Assembly: GCA_964442245.1 (NCBI GenBank)
Contig: CAYTXT010000010.1
Coordinates: 5,749 to 29,748 of the forward strand
DNA length: 24,000 bases
Source: an uncultured Candidatus Izemoplasmatales bacterium
Lineage (GTDB): Bacteria; Bacillota_I; Bacilli_A; MAG-NZ
Reading direction: 5' to 3'
Positions 1 through 8,105 of this stretch are shown one piece after another. Positions within the stretch are counted from its first letter, which is position 1. Each line of letters starts with the position of its first letter. The notes below the pieces were generated by a model. The model was not told where the DNA came from and made no database searches. It was given only the letters and a program-made list of their open reading frames with translations. The translations under genes and the position numbers were made by a program.

Positions 1-161
1 TTTCCACATCCACTCTCTCCCACTAAGCCAAAGACTTCCCCTTTGCCAATCGAGAAACTAACACCATCGACGGCGCGAACAACAACTTTACGTTTCCCCC
101 ATCCTGATTTGAAATGCTGATGTAAATTATCAACAACTAATATTGGTTCATTGGCTTTCAT
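1..161 (-). CDS. oppF: Oligopeptide/dipeptide ABC transporter ATP-binding protein OppF, N-terminal fragment (runs off the window edge)
   Basis: The reverse complement of 1-161 translates to [54 protein letters not shown], which includes the Walker A motif GESGCGK. Its ATG (161-159) overlaps the oppD TGA stop as ATGA. It is the fifth gene of an opp-type operon. Confidence 0.85.
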   Translation of the reverse strand, partial: MKANEPILVVDNLHQHFKSGWGKRKVVVRAVDGVSFSIGKGEVFGLVGESGCG

Positions 162-1189
162 AATTTACCTTCTAAGCGAGCTTTTAAAATCGGTGGAAGT
201 TCCACTTCAGGGGCATCGGGGTGAAGTAACCACGTTGCCGCATAATGGGTATCAGATACCTTAAAGAACGGAGGTTCTTCTTCAAAATCAATTTGCATCG
301 CAAACGCATTACGGTCTGCGAACGCATCCCCTTTCGGAGGGAATAACATATCTGGCGGGGTTCCTGGAATCGCAAAGAGTTTTTCTTTGCTATCAAGGTC
401 CGGCATTGAAGATAGTAATGCCCAGGTATACGGATGTTTTGGATTATAAAAGATTTCTCGAGCTGTACCGATTTCAACAATCTTACCAGCATACATTACC
501 GCAACGCGGTCGGCCATGTTCGCCACTACCCCAAGGTCGTGGGTAATAAAGACAACGGATAAATCTTTTTTCGTTTTTAACTCATTAATTAAATCTAGAA
601 TTTGTGCTTGGATCGTGACATCGAGGGCCGTGGTTGGCTCATCACAAATCAAGACTTCCGGTTCCGTGACTAAGGCGATCGCGATGACGATACGTTGACG
701 CATCCCGCCGGAGAACTGAAACGGATATTGGTAGAAGCGTTTTTCCGGTTCAGGAATACCAACTTCTTCCATGATTTTGATCGCACGTTCTTTGGCTTCT
801 TCTTTGTCCAGGCCAAGCTTAATGACCATGGCTTCGGTAATTTGCTGACCAATTCGCATGATCGGATTCAAACTACTCATCGGGTCTTGGAAAATCATTG
901 ATATTTTCGAACCACGAATTTTTGAAAACTCTTCTTCGGTGTACTCGAGGATGTTATCCCCTTCATACATAATTTTGCCACCGAGAACGCGAGCATTCGG
1001 GCTTAAGATTCCAATAATACTTCGTGAGGTTACCGATTTACCAGAACCTGATTCCCCCACAATCGCTAGGGTTTCTCCTTCATGTAAATCAAACGAGATG
1101 TCGCGGACGGCTTGCACCATCCCGCCATTGGTTTGAAAATGTACGATGAGATTTTCTATTTTTAATTTTATGTTCTTACTAATAGCCAT
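158..1189 (-). CDS. oppD: Oligopeptide ABC transporter ATP-binding protein OppD
   Basis: 343-aa ORF with Walker [12 protein letters not shown] signature FSGGMRQR, Walker [13 protein letters not shown] and the Opp/Dpp C-terminal extension (HPYTWALL). An ATG start lies just after the oppC stop (TAA-G-ATG). Confidence 0.92.
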   Translation of the reverse strand: MAISKNIKLKIENLIVHFQTNGGMVQAVRDISFDLHEGETLAIVGESGSGKSVTSRSIIGILSPNARVLGGKIMYEGDNILEYTEEEFSKIRGSKISMIFQDPMSSLNPIMRIGQQITEAMVIKLGLDKEEAKERAIKIMEEVGIPEPEKRFYQYPFQFSGGMRQRIVIAIALVTEPEVLICDEPTTALDVTIQAQILDLINELKTKKDLSVVFITHDLGVVANMADRVAVMYAGKIVEIGTAREIFYNPKHPYTWALLSSMPDLDSKEKLFAIPGTPPDMLFPPKGDAFADRNAFAMQIDFEEEPPFFKVSDTHYAATWLLHPDAPEVELPPILKARLEGKL

Positions 1190-1190
1190 C

Positions 1191-3068
1191 TTACAACGAT
1201 CCTCGCAAACTTGGATTTAACGCATCGCGAAGGGCGTTTCCGAACATGTTGAAGGTAATCATCAAGATCGAAATGACAATCGCAGGAAATGTCGTCAAGT
1301 GAGGACGGGTTACAAGTTCAGGACGACCATCCGCTAGTAAGACTCCAACACTCACACCACTAAAGGTAATTCCTAAGATGTTAAAGCTTTGACCATGACC
1401 AATCCCGAATCCTAAGTATGAAATTGTGGATTCGGTGAAGATTGTCGCAGGGATAATTAAGATACTCGCTGTAATGATGGTTCCGATTCCATTCGGTAAA
1501 ATGTGACGGAAAATGAGTCGCATATCTTTTGCTCCAAGCGTTCTTGAGGCTAAGACATACTCACGCCCTTTAAAGCGGTAGAATTGTGCCCGGGTCGTGT
1601 AGGCGATACCAATCCAACCAGACACAATGAGAATAAAGATTAAGGTCTGAATTCCAGCGCCGAACACGGCAATAAAGATCGCCATGACCACTAAGAACGG
1701 AATTCGTCCAACAACTTCAGAGAAACGTTGCATTAAGATATCGACGTTTCCACCGTAATATCCACTAATCGCTCCGAAGACCACACCAATCGTAATGTTA
1801 ATCGCGGCAGCAACAAACCCAATTAATAACGAAGTACGCGTTGCGACCCAGATTAAACTGAACAAGTCACGGCCAGCACCGGTGGTGCCAAATAAATAAT
1901 AAGGTACTTCTTCATAGCCATTGAGTAAGGCATAGTTAACCTTAACACTGTAGGTAGAATAATTAATTCCCCCGACAATCACTCCTGGATTTTCAAAGAG
2001 TACTTCTTCAATCGGACATCCTTCAGAAAATAACCATCCATTGGGGTTTTCAGGATTATCAATAATCGTACATGGATTATTCGCCACAATTTCATCATAT
2101 TCACTACGTGCCATCGCATTTAACGTACGTGTTCCAAATAACGCTCCATACGAATCATAATCAAAGGATACGACTTGGATTTCTCCGTTTTGACGGGCAT
2201 AAAAACCTAGTTCTCCATCAATTACAACACGCGTGTATTGCGATAATGGAAATCCGGTGTCAAAAATCACAGGATTAGAATTGTTGTTTTGATACAGTCC
2301 AACCGACGTAATTGCCGCAAAGTCTCGTAGACCCGGGGACTGGAAGTTTAAGCGAACCGGAGATGACAAGTTCGAGGTTACACCTAATCGAGCTAAGGCC
2401 GCTTGGACATTAATCTCAGTAATTCCCTCAGTACTGATTTGTTGTAAAGTAACAAATTCACCATCGACACGCGCTTGAACGTTTAACACACCATTTTCAG
2501 GTAAGTCAAATACATCAATCGCTAAGACACTTGGAATCGATGTTGATAACGGAAAGCTGCGACGCGATTCAATCGTGAGTCCTATACTTCCTCGGTCTAA
2601 TCGGATTACTGCTTCTCCACCAGTACAAAGTTCAGTCCGGTCAGAACATCCGACAGTTCCGTATATACGTGTATCATCATCAATAAATTGTGGATCATAC
2701 CCGATGGGATTTCCAGCAAATCCAGTCGAAGGATCAATCGTTGTTAAATCAATCGGCTGATTCTCAAAAAAGACGTTTCCATCCGCAATCCCAAAATTTT
2801 CTAAGATAGGAATACGCGGAGGTAAAAAGGCAATCGATGATTCTTGGTTAACATAGTTCTTATCCGTAATTAACGGTTGGAAAATACTGAAGATAATGAT
2901 CGTGAATAAGATTCCTGATGCAATAACGTTGGTTTTGTTTTTCGCAAAACGACTCATCGCATCTTGAAAGTAACCAACAGGTTTGGTTTCAAATTCTTTA
3001 TCAAAGATTTTGCCTTCACGTTGAACGAACGTGAATTTTTCTTTAGCAATTTTACGTGGTTCGCTCAT
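1191..3068 (-). CDS. oppC: Oligopeptide ABC transporter permease OppC with a large (about 300 aa) extracytoplasmic insertion after TM1
   Basis: 625-aa ORF. The N-terminal TM (VIASGILFTIIIFSIFQPLI) is followed by about 330 hydrophilic residues. The canonical OppC core then follows (LFGTTGAGRDLFSLIWVATRTSLLIG, then five more TMs and the EAA-like region ASRTLGAKDMRLIFRHILPN). The start overlaps the oppB stop (TAATG at 3066-3070). Confidence 0.88.
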   Translation of the reverse strand: MSEPRKIAKEKFTFVQREGKIFDKEFETKPVGYFQDAMSRFAKNKTNVIASGILFTIIIFSIFQPLITDKNYVNQESSIAFLPPRIPILENFGIADGNVFFENQPIDLTTIDPSTGFAGNPIGYDPQFIDDDTRIYGTVGCSDRTELCTGGEAVIRLDRGSIGLTIESRRSFPLSTSIPSVLAIDVFDLPENGVLNVQARVDGEFVTLQQISTEGITEINVQAALARLGVTSNLSSPVRLNFQSPGLRDFAAITSVGLYQNNNSNPVIFDTGFPLSQYTRVVIDGELGFYARQNGEIQVVSFDYDSYGALFGTRTLNAMARSEYDEIVANNPCTIIDNPENPNGWLFSEGCPIEEVLFENPGVIVGGINYSTYSVKVNYALLNGYEEVPYYLFGTTGAGRDLFSLIWVATRTSLLIGFVAAAINITIGVVFGAISGYYGGNVDILMQRFSEVVGRIPFLVVMAIFIAVFGAGIQTLIFILIVSGWIGIAYTTRAQFYRFKGREYVLASRTLGAKDMRLIFRHILPNGIGTIITASILIIPATIFTESTISYLGFGIGHGQSFNILGITFSGVSVGVLLADGRPELVTRPHLTTFPAIVISILMITFNMFGNALRDALNPSLRGSL

Positions 3069-4144
3069 TATTTTCTAGCTCCCATTCGAATACGTGGATC
3101 GACCAGTCCATAGGACAAGTCCACCAGTAATACACTAAATAAACCGATAAAGGCATAAAACGCCGTTGTTACCATAATAACGTTGTAATCATAATTACTT
3201 TGCGATAAGGCTTGAAGGTATACTCTACCTGTTCCAGGAATCGAATAAATCCGTTCAACAATGACGGACCCGGATAATAAGGCCACAAAGCTACCAATGA
3301 TATTTGGAACAAGTGGCACCATCGAGTTACGAAGCGCATGTCGAATCACGCTTTGACGGTAGGTTAATCCTTTGCTTCGAGCAAGTAAGACAAACTCTGA
3401 GGTTAATACTTCTGATAACTCAGCACGAGTTGTTCTTGTTAAACCGGCAATCGCACCGAAGGATAAACCTAAAACCGGTAAGACCAAGGCGGTATATTGA
3501 ATCACCCCGACGTTATCCGACGAGGGAAACTGGGCCGGGAACCAACCAAGACCATATCCTAGGGTCATAACTAGAACCGTCATGACGACAAAGTTCGGTA
3601 CCGAGATAAAAATCATAACCCCTAAACTAATCGAGTCATCGACACGAGTATTCTTTTTCAGGGCCGCCCAAATACCTAACCCAAAGCCAACAGGGATATA
3701 TAAGAGTAAACTGATTATATTTAATCGAACCGTAACGGGAATACGCTCTGCTAGTACATCAAAGGCAGGTTTATTGACCGCAATACGAGTGCTAAGCCCC
3801 CAGTTCCATTCCGTTAAAACATTACGTAACCAATTTAAATACTGAATTGAAATCGGCACTGGTTCATAAATTAAATACGCGGCATCTTGGCGAACGAAGA
3901 AACACTTAGGATCCTCACACGGTTGAAGATCTCCCGCGTTGTAGGCCTCTAATGTCTCCGGATCCGTTTCTACCGTTAACGTCATATAACCATCAGCGAC
4001 TTGACGAGCATAATAAATGTTACGCTGGTCGGAATCCGTTGGTGGAAAATCAGGCGCAAGTTTAAGTAGGGTAAAGTTGATCGATAAAATCATCGCAAGG
4101 ACAACAAACACCCATACGGTTCTGACTGCTATATACTTTGCCAT
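3068..4144 (-). CDS. oppB: Oligopeptide ABC transporter permease OppB
   Basis: 358-aa ORF of the BPD-transport permease family. It has the OppB-type N-terminus, a loop-1 region with the conserved YLNWL segment, and the EAA motif region (LLARSKGLTYRQSVIRHALRNS). SD-like AAAGGA lies 8 nt upstream of the ATG. Confidence 0.9.
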   Translation of the reverse strand: MAKYIAVRTVWVFVVLAMILSINFTLLKLAPDFPPTDSDQRNIYYARQVADGYMTLTVETDPETLEAYNAGDLQPCEDPKCFFVRQDAAYLIYEPVPISIQYLNWLRNVLTEWNWGLSTRIAVNKPAFDVLAERIPVTVRLNIISLLLYIPVGFGLGIWAALKKNTRVDDSISLGVMIFISVPNFVVMTVLVMTLGYGLGWFPAQFPSSDNVGVIQYTALVLPVLGLSFGAIAGLTRTTRAELSEVLTSEFVLLARSKGLTYRQSVIRHALRNSMVPLVPNIIGSFVALLSGSVIVERIYSIPGTGRVYLQALSQSNYDYNVIMVTTAFYAFIGLFSVLLVDLSYGLVDPRIRMGARK

Positions 4145-4179
4145 AAATTGGTCCTTTCATTGCTTTTGACTTAATCCTA

Positions 4180-4207
4180 ATTCTATCAAAAAACAACGTG
4201 GTTTGAA
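4180..4207 (-). promoter_or_regulatory. Putative internal sigma-A promoter for oppBCDF (extended -10)
   Basis: The minus strand reads TTCAAA - 16 nt - TGATAGAAT. The TGn extended -10 TAGAAT is at 4180-4185 and the -35-like TTCAAA at 4202-4207. The element lies between the oppA terminator and the oppB start. Motif match only. Confidence 0.4.
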
Positions 4208-4240
4208 TATAAAAACGCTATTATTCATGCTTTTTTTTGC

Positions 4241-4268
4241 AAAAAAAAACTACAACCGAAGTTGTAGT
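4241..4268 (-). terminator. Rho-independent terminator downstream of oppA
   Basis: The minus-strand RNA reads ACUACAAC-UUCG-GUUGUAGU, a perfect 8-bp stem with a UUCG tetraloop, followed by a run of 8 U. It starts 10 nt after the oppA stop. The plus strand also carries a T-run after the hairpin. Confidence 0.8.
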
Positions 4269-4277
4269 TTTTTAATA

Positions 4278-6659
4278 TTACTCGTTTGTTGTAAATTCAG
4301 CAGTTGTTGTTTCAGTACGAGTTGGTTCATCAGCGAATCCAAACTCAAGGACAACACGGTATTTCGTTCCACGTTCTAGATCCGTGAAGGAAACGAAACG
4401 GTTAGCTGGAGTTACATCTTCATATCCAGGAACAGCTTGGAATTCTCCATCAACTTCAACTTCTAACGTGTAACGAATGTTAGTAAATTGACGTTCGAAG
4501 AAGTTAGAGATTGAGAAGGATGCTGTCGCGAATCCAAACTCCAATCCTGTTGGTGCTGGGAAGTTTGCTTCTGCACCATTAAGTAGGTACACTTCACCAT
4601 TTAGTGCAGCTTGAATTGCATCGAAGCTCCACATTTCATAACGTTCTTCTCCAAGGAATTCGTAACGAACTGGAATGTTCGCTTCACGAGTATCCATACC
4701 CCATGATAATACGAATCCACCTTTGTTGTCATAACGGAATTGATCTAGGAATCCAGCAGCATCTAATGTACCACCAGAAATACCACCAACACCCATGTCA
4801 GACACACCTGGAAGGATGTAGTCGAAATAGTTGTTCGGGAATGATGCATCTTCCGGAATGATGTCAACAGTAATTCCATAACGCTCAGATACAAACGTTG
4901 ATTCAAATGTGGTTTCTAGGTATTCAACAACCAAGGCACCAGTTTGAGATCCAGCTTGACGTACAAGGAGTAATTCAATGACATCACCTTCTTGATACGT
5001 ACCATTTGCTACAAGTGGTGCTAACGCTTGATCGAATAATGCACGAGCAGCATCAGGGTTAAATCCGAATGTTGATGGTGAGTATTCAGCGTTAACAGTT
5101 GGACCTTGAGGTGTATTACGGAAGGCAATACCATCTTCTGGCTCAACAACGTATGCTGGCGTGAAGAAGTACGATCCAGGAGTAACGGTTTTAACAACGT
5201 CATACGCTAAGTATTCACGGTCAATCGCGAAATACAATGCTTTACGGAAGTCAACAGAAGCCATGATTGGTTCTGGATTGGCGTTCGGGTCAATTTCTCC
5301 GTTACCAATGACATCCCATTGTTGTTGTTGTGCTGCACGAGATCCCGTACCGTTTAATCCAAGACGGAAGACAACCGCACCTGGTACTAGACGAATACGT
5401 GGGTCATTTCTAAATTCTTCAAAACGAGATGAAGGAACTCCACGAGACTCAAGACGTCCTTCTAGGAACTCTTGGAAGGCAATATCCGAATCTTCAATTA
5501 CTTGGAAGTTATATCCTGTGTAGAATACTTCTTCTGCATCCCAGTACGTAGGGTTCGCTTTTAGACGGACTGTTTTGTCTGGTTCAAAGAAATCTACATA
5601 CATTTCTCCATTGTAAGCAATCGACGCTTCATCAACACCATATGTACCATCTGCTCCACCTAAGGAGTTATAGAGGTCTACGTTAATTGGCATTAAAGTG
5701 AAACTGCTTAACCAATATTTAACATTCCATTCAGATTGTTCATCAATGAATTGGAATTCGATTGTATAATCATCAATTGCTTTTAACCCAACTTGGCTAA
5801 ATGGAACAAGTCCATTCGAGAAGTCTCCCGCACCAACAACAGCTGTTGATGAACTAACGAAGTCTCCCCCACCTGATACGGCACGGAACCATTTGTTCGT
5901 TAATGCAATTTCCCATGTTTCAATAAAGTCTTCTGCGGTGATTTCTGTGTGGTCTGCAGGGAATCCTGATGTATCCGTTGCAGGGTTATAATACCACTCT
6001 AAATCTTCACGAAGAGACATACGCCATGTACGTGATACTTGACGTCCAGTTTCAGTTGTACGACCACCAATAGGTTGAGGGTCAGCCGCTGCTACATTTG
6101 GACTTAATACATAACCGGTTAGTTCAGCATTAGGTTCAAAGTTATAAGGGCTTGCGATCGCTAATTCTAAAATGTCACTGGAGACAGAGTCCTGAGTGAT
6201 GTACTGGTTGAACGATGTTGGATTTGATGGAACTGCTACACGGTAAGTATACTCACCAGCTTTTCCAGGAAGTCCTTCTTCAATTTCAATACCCGCGTCA
6301 TCAGAACTCATTGTTGAAGGTCCAAATCCAATAACTGGTAGATAATCATCCAGTGGGAATTGAAGTCGTTCGTTATACAACACATATCCTGCGTTATCGT
6401 ATAGCGGAACTCCTGCCATAACGTCGAATAAGTATTTTTCTGCTGCTGCAAAGAAGGTATTACGAAGTTCTGCATCTGCAAACTTGTAATTAACGAACCC
6501 TGTTAGTGTGGTAGGTTCTTCTTCAACTGGAGCAGGAGTTGGTGCCGGAGTTGGAGCCGGAGTAGGTGTTGGCTCTGGAGCCGGCGCTGCTTCTTCTGCA
6601 CACGCTACTAATGTAAACACTAGTGTGAGTGATAATAGAAGAGCTAATAATTTTTTCAT
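4278..6659 (-). CDS. oppA: Oligopeptide-binding lipoprotein (SBP family 5, OppA-like) with PT-rich tether and C-terminal FN3-like module
   Basis: 793-aa ORF. It has a signal peptide plus lipobox (MKKLLALLLSLTLVFTLVAC), then the linker APAPEPTPTPAPTPAPTPAP, then a large alpha/beta SBP body. The last 94 aa show an FN3-like pattern. SD GGGAGG lies upstream of the ATG, and the gene sits directly upstream of oppBCDF. Confidence 0.85.
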   Translation of the reverse strand: MKKLLALLLSLTLVFTLVACAEEAAPAPEPTPTPAPTPAPTPAPVEEEPTTLTGFVNYKFADAELRNTFFAAAEKYLFDVMAGVPLYDNAGYVLYNERLQFPLDDYLPVIGFGPSTMSSDDAGIEIEEGLPGKAGEYTYRVAVPSNPTSFNQYITQDSVSSDILELAIASPYNFEPNAELTGYVLSPNVAAADPQPIGGRTTETGRQVSRTWRMSLREDLEWYYNPATDTSGFPADHTEITAEDFIETWEIALTNKWFRAVSGGGDFVSSSTAVVGAGDFSNGLVPFSQVGLKAIDDYTIEFQFIDEQSEWNVKYWLSSFTLMPINVDLYNSLGGADGTYGVDEASIAYNGEMYVDFFEPDKTVRLKANPTYWDAEEVFYTGYNFQVIEDSDIAFQEFLEGRLESRGVPSSRFEEFRNDPRIRLVPGAVVFRLGLNGTGSRAAQQQQWDVIGNGEIDPNANPEPIMASVDFRKALYFAIDREYLAYDVVKTVTPGSYFFTPAYVVEPEDGIAFRNTPQGPTVNAEYSPSTFGFNPDAARALFDQALAPLVANGTYQEGDVIELLLVRQAGSQTGALVVEYLETTFESTFVSERYGITVDIIPEDASFPNNYFDYILPGVSDMGVGGISGGTLDAAGFLDQFRYDNKGGFVLSWGMDTREANIPVRYEFLGEERYEMWSFDAIQAALNGEVYLLNGAEANFPAPTGLEFGFATASFSISNFFERQFTNIRYTLEVEVDGEFQAVPGYEDVTPANRFVSFTDLERGTKYRVVLEFGFADEPTRTETTTAEFTTNE
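6529..6588 (-). repeat. Imperfect 12-nt tandem repeat (5 units) encoding the (P-T/A-P-A)n lipoprotein tether of OppA
   Basis: The plus strand reads ggagcaggagtt ggtgccggagtt ggagccggagta ggtgttggctct ggagccggcgct. It translates on the minus strand to APAPEPTPTPAPTPAPTPAP. Confidence 0.75.
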
Positions 6660-6707
6660 ATAATCCTCCCATTTAAAGTTATTAAACTTTGTAGTAGTTT
6701 ATAACAA

Positions 6708-6735
6708 CGAGTTATCGCTAGTCAATCAAAAAAAG
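6708..6735 (-). promoter_or_regulatory. Putative sigma-A promoter of oppA
   Basis: The minus strand reads TTGACT (6730-6735) - 16 nt - TATAAA (6708-6713), about 45 nt upstream of the oppA ATG and directly downstream of the tyrS terminator. Motif match only. Confidence 0.45.
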
Positions 6736-6737
6736 GG

Positions 6738-6781
6738 GAATATGTGAAAAAACTTTCACAAAACCCCCTTTATTCATGATT
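6738..6781 (-). terminator. Probable rho-independent terminator downstream of tyrS
   Basis: The minus RNA reads AAAGGGGG-UUUU-GUGAAA-GUUU-UUUCAC-AUAUU-CCCC followed by U7. This is a two-tier hairpin: inner 6-bp GUGAAA/UUUCAC and outer GGGG/CCCC. Confidence 0.5.
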
Positions 6782-6833
6782 TTTAAGGAAAGTAAGCGAT
6801 TTCAAGGCTTTTTTTAGTGATTTGGATTTAACA

Positions 6834-8066
6834 CTAATCAAACATGATAATCGCGTATTGTTTCTTGCCTCGACGAATCAAACTGAATCGCTGTTCTTTC
6901 GCATCTTCTTTAATAAGGATAAAATCGATATTCTCAATCTTTTGATTGTTTACAACAACCCCACCGGATTCAATAAAGCGTCGCGCTTCCGATTTACTTG
7001 ATGCCAGCTTCGTTTCAACAAGTGCGTCTAGAATACTAATCTGGGATACTTCAATACGCGGCACATCCGCAAAGCCTTCGAGTAATTGCTTGGCGGTCAG
7101 TTGATCGTGGTTATTACTGAATAAGGCCTCACTAATCGTTACCGCTTCTTCATACGCTTCCTTAGAGTGGATTAATATGGTGAGTTCTTGGCCCAGTCGT
7201 TTTTGAGCACTGCGTTCCTGAGGTGCTTGTTTCATTTGTTCAGCAATGAGATCAATTTCTTCTAGGGAGACAAACGTAAATTTCTTTAAATAACGAATCG
7301 CATCCTCATCCGACGTATTAAGCCAAAACTGATAAAACGCATACGGGGATGTTTTTTCAGGGTCAAGCCACACAGCCCCCGATTCGGTTTTCCCAAACTT
7401 GGTCCCATCAGATTTCGTAATCAAATCCCAGCATAATCCGTACGCTTGTTCTTCTGGTCCTAATATTTTACGAATCAAGTCTAGCCCAGCGGTAATATTT
7501 CCCCACTGTTCGGTTCCTCCGACTTGTAGGCGAACTTGTTCATCCTTATATAAGTAGTAGTAATCCAAAGCTTGCAAGACTTGATAACTAAACTCGGTGT
7601 AACTAATTCCACTATCTAGACGAGATTTCACACTTTCTTTCGCAATCATTGTATTAATACTAAAGTGCTTTCCAATATCTCGTAGAAAGGTAATCACATC
7701 ATATTGCTTGGTCCAATCATAGTTATTCACCATCTTGGCGTTCACAATGCGAGAGATTTGAGCGTTTAATGCTGCCACGTTATGGTCAATCGCTGCTTGG
7801 TCTAATAAGTTACGCTCCGCACTTTTACCAGAAGGGTCGCCAATCATTCCCGTGGCACCCCCAACTAAAAGAACTGGAGTATGTCCCGCCTCTTGCAGAC
7901 GACGTACATTGATCAAGCCAAACAAATGGCCGACATGTAAACTGTCACCGGTCGGGTCAATCCCTAAGTAAAAGGAAAGCTTCTGATTGTTAAGCTTGTC
8001 GATAAGAGCTTCATCGGTAATTTGGGCCACCGCTCCACGGGCGACTAATTCATCATATAGTTTCAT
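6834..8066 (-). CDS. tyrS: Tyrosine--tRNA ligase
   Basis: Class I HIGH motif (HVGHL), KMSKS-type KFGKT, and a C-terminal S4-like domain ending RRGKKQYAIIMFD. These are collinear with my recollection of E. coli and B. subtilis TyrS. ATG 8066 (MKLYDELVARG...) matches the homologue N-termini. The ORF can also open at TTG 8084. Confidence 0.92.
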   Translation of the reverse strand: MKLYDELVARGAVAQITDEALIDKLNNQKLSFYLGIDPTGDSLHVGHLFGLINVRRLQEAGHTPVLLVGGATGMIGDPSGKSAERNLLDQAAIDHNVAALNAQISRIVNAKMVNNYDWTKQYDVITFLRDIGKHFSINTMIAKESVKSRLDSGISYTEFSYQVLQALDYYYLYKDEQVRLQVGGTEQWGNITAGLDLIRKILGPEEQAYGLCWDLITKSDGTKFGKTESGAVWLDPEKTSPYAFYQFWLNTSDEDAIRYLKKFTFVSLEEIDLIAEQMKQAPQERSAQKRLGQELTILIHSKEAYEEAVTISEALFSNNHDQLTAKQLLEGFADVPRIEVSQISILDALVETKLASSKSEARRFIESGGVVVNNQKIENIDFILIKEDAKEQRFSLIRRGKKQYAIIMFD

Positions 8067-8076
8067 GCGTAGGTAA

Positions 8077-8095
8077 GGGCTCAAGCATCGAGCCC
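8077..8095 (-). other. GC-rich hairpin between the SD-like AAGGAG and the tyrS start
   Basis: The minus RNA reads GGGCUC-GAUGCUU-GAGCCC, a perfect 6-bp stem with a 7-nt loop. It begins 1 nt after AAGGAG (8097-8102) and ends 10 nt before ATG 8066. No U-run follows, so it is not a typical terminator. Confidence 0.45.
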
Positions 8096-8105
8096 ACTCC
8101 TTGTT

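Noticed and set aside
184-1136. Nested and antisense ORFs within oppD (184-492 minus, 516-698 plus, 670-852 minus, 695-901 plus, 858-1136 plus)
   Set aside because: All lie inside a strongly supported ABC ATPase gene in other frames. Their products are low-complexity or basic sequences with no motifs and no SD/start context, which is typical of spurious alternative-frame ORFs.
6753-6770. CRP/FNR-like palindrome TGTGAAA-GTTT-TTTCACA between tyrS and oppA
   Set aside because: The TGTGA and TCACA half-sites are 8 nt apart rather than the 6 nt expected for CRP/FNR-family sites. The palindrome forms the inner stem of the tyrS terminator (flanked by GGGG/CCCC and a U-run), which explains it fully.
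6786-6827. 13-codon plus-strand mini-ORF (MIFKESKRFQGFF) in the tyrS-oppA spacer
   Set aside because: There is no SD and no promoter. It lies antisense within the tyrS 3' UTR, and at this length it is expected by chance.
8067-8105. Search for a T-box riboswitch upstream of tyrS
   Set aside because: Only 39 nt separate tyrS from the upstream CDS. There is no specifier loop, no T-box sequence and no terminator/antiterminator pair. The absence is reported as a finding rather than a feature.
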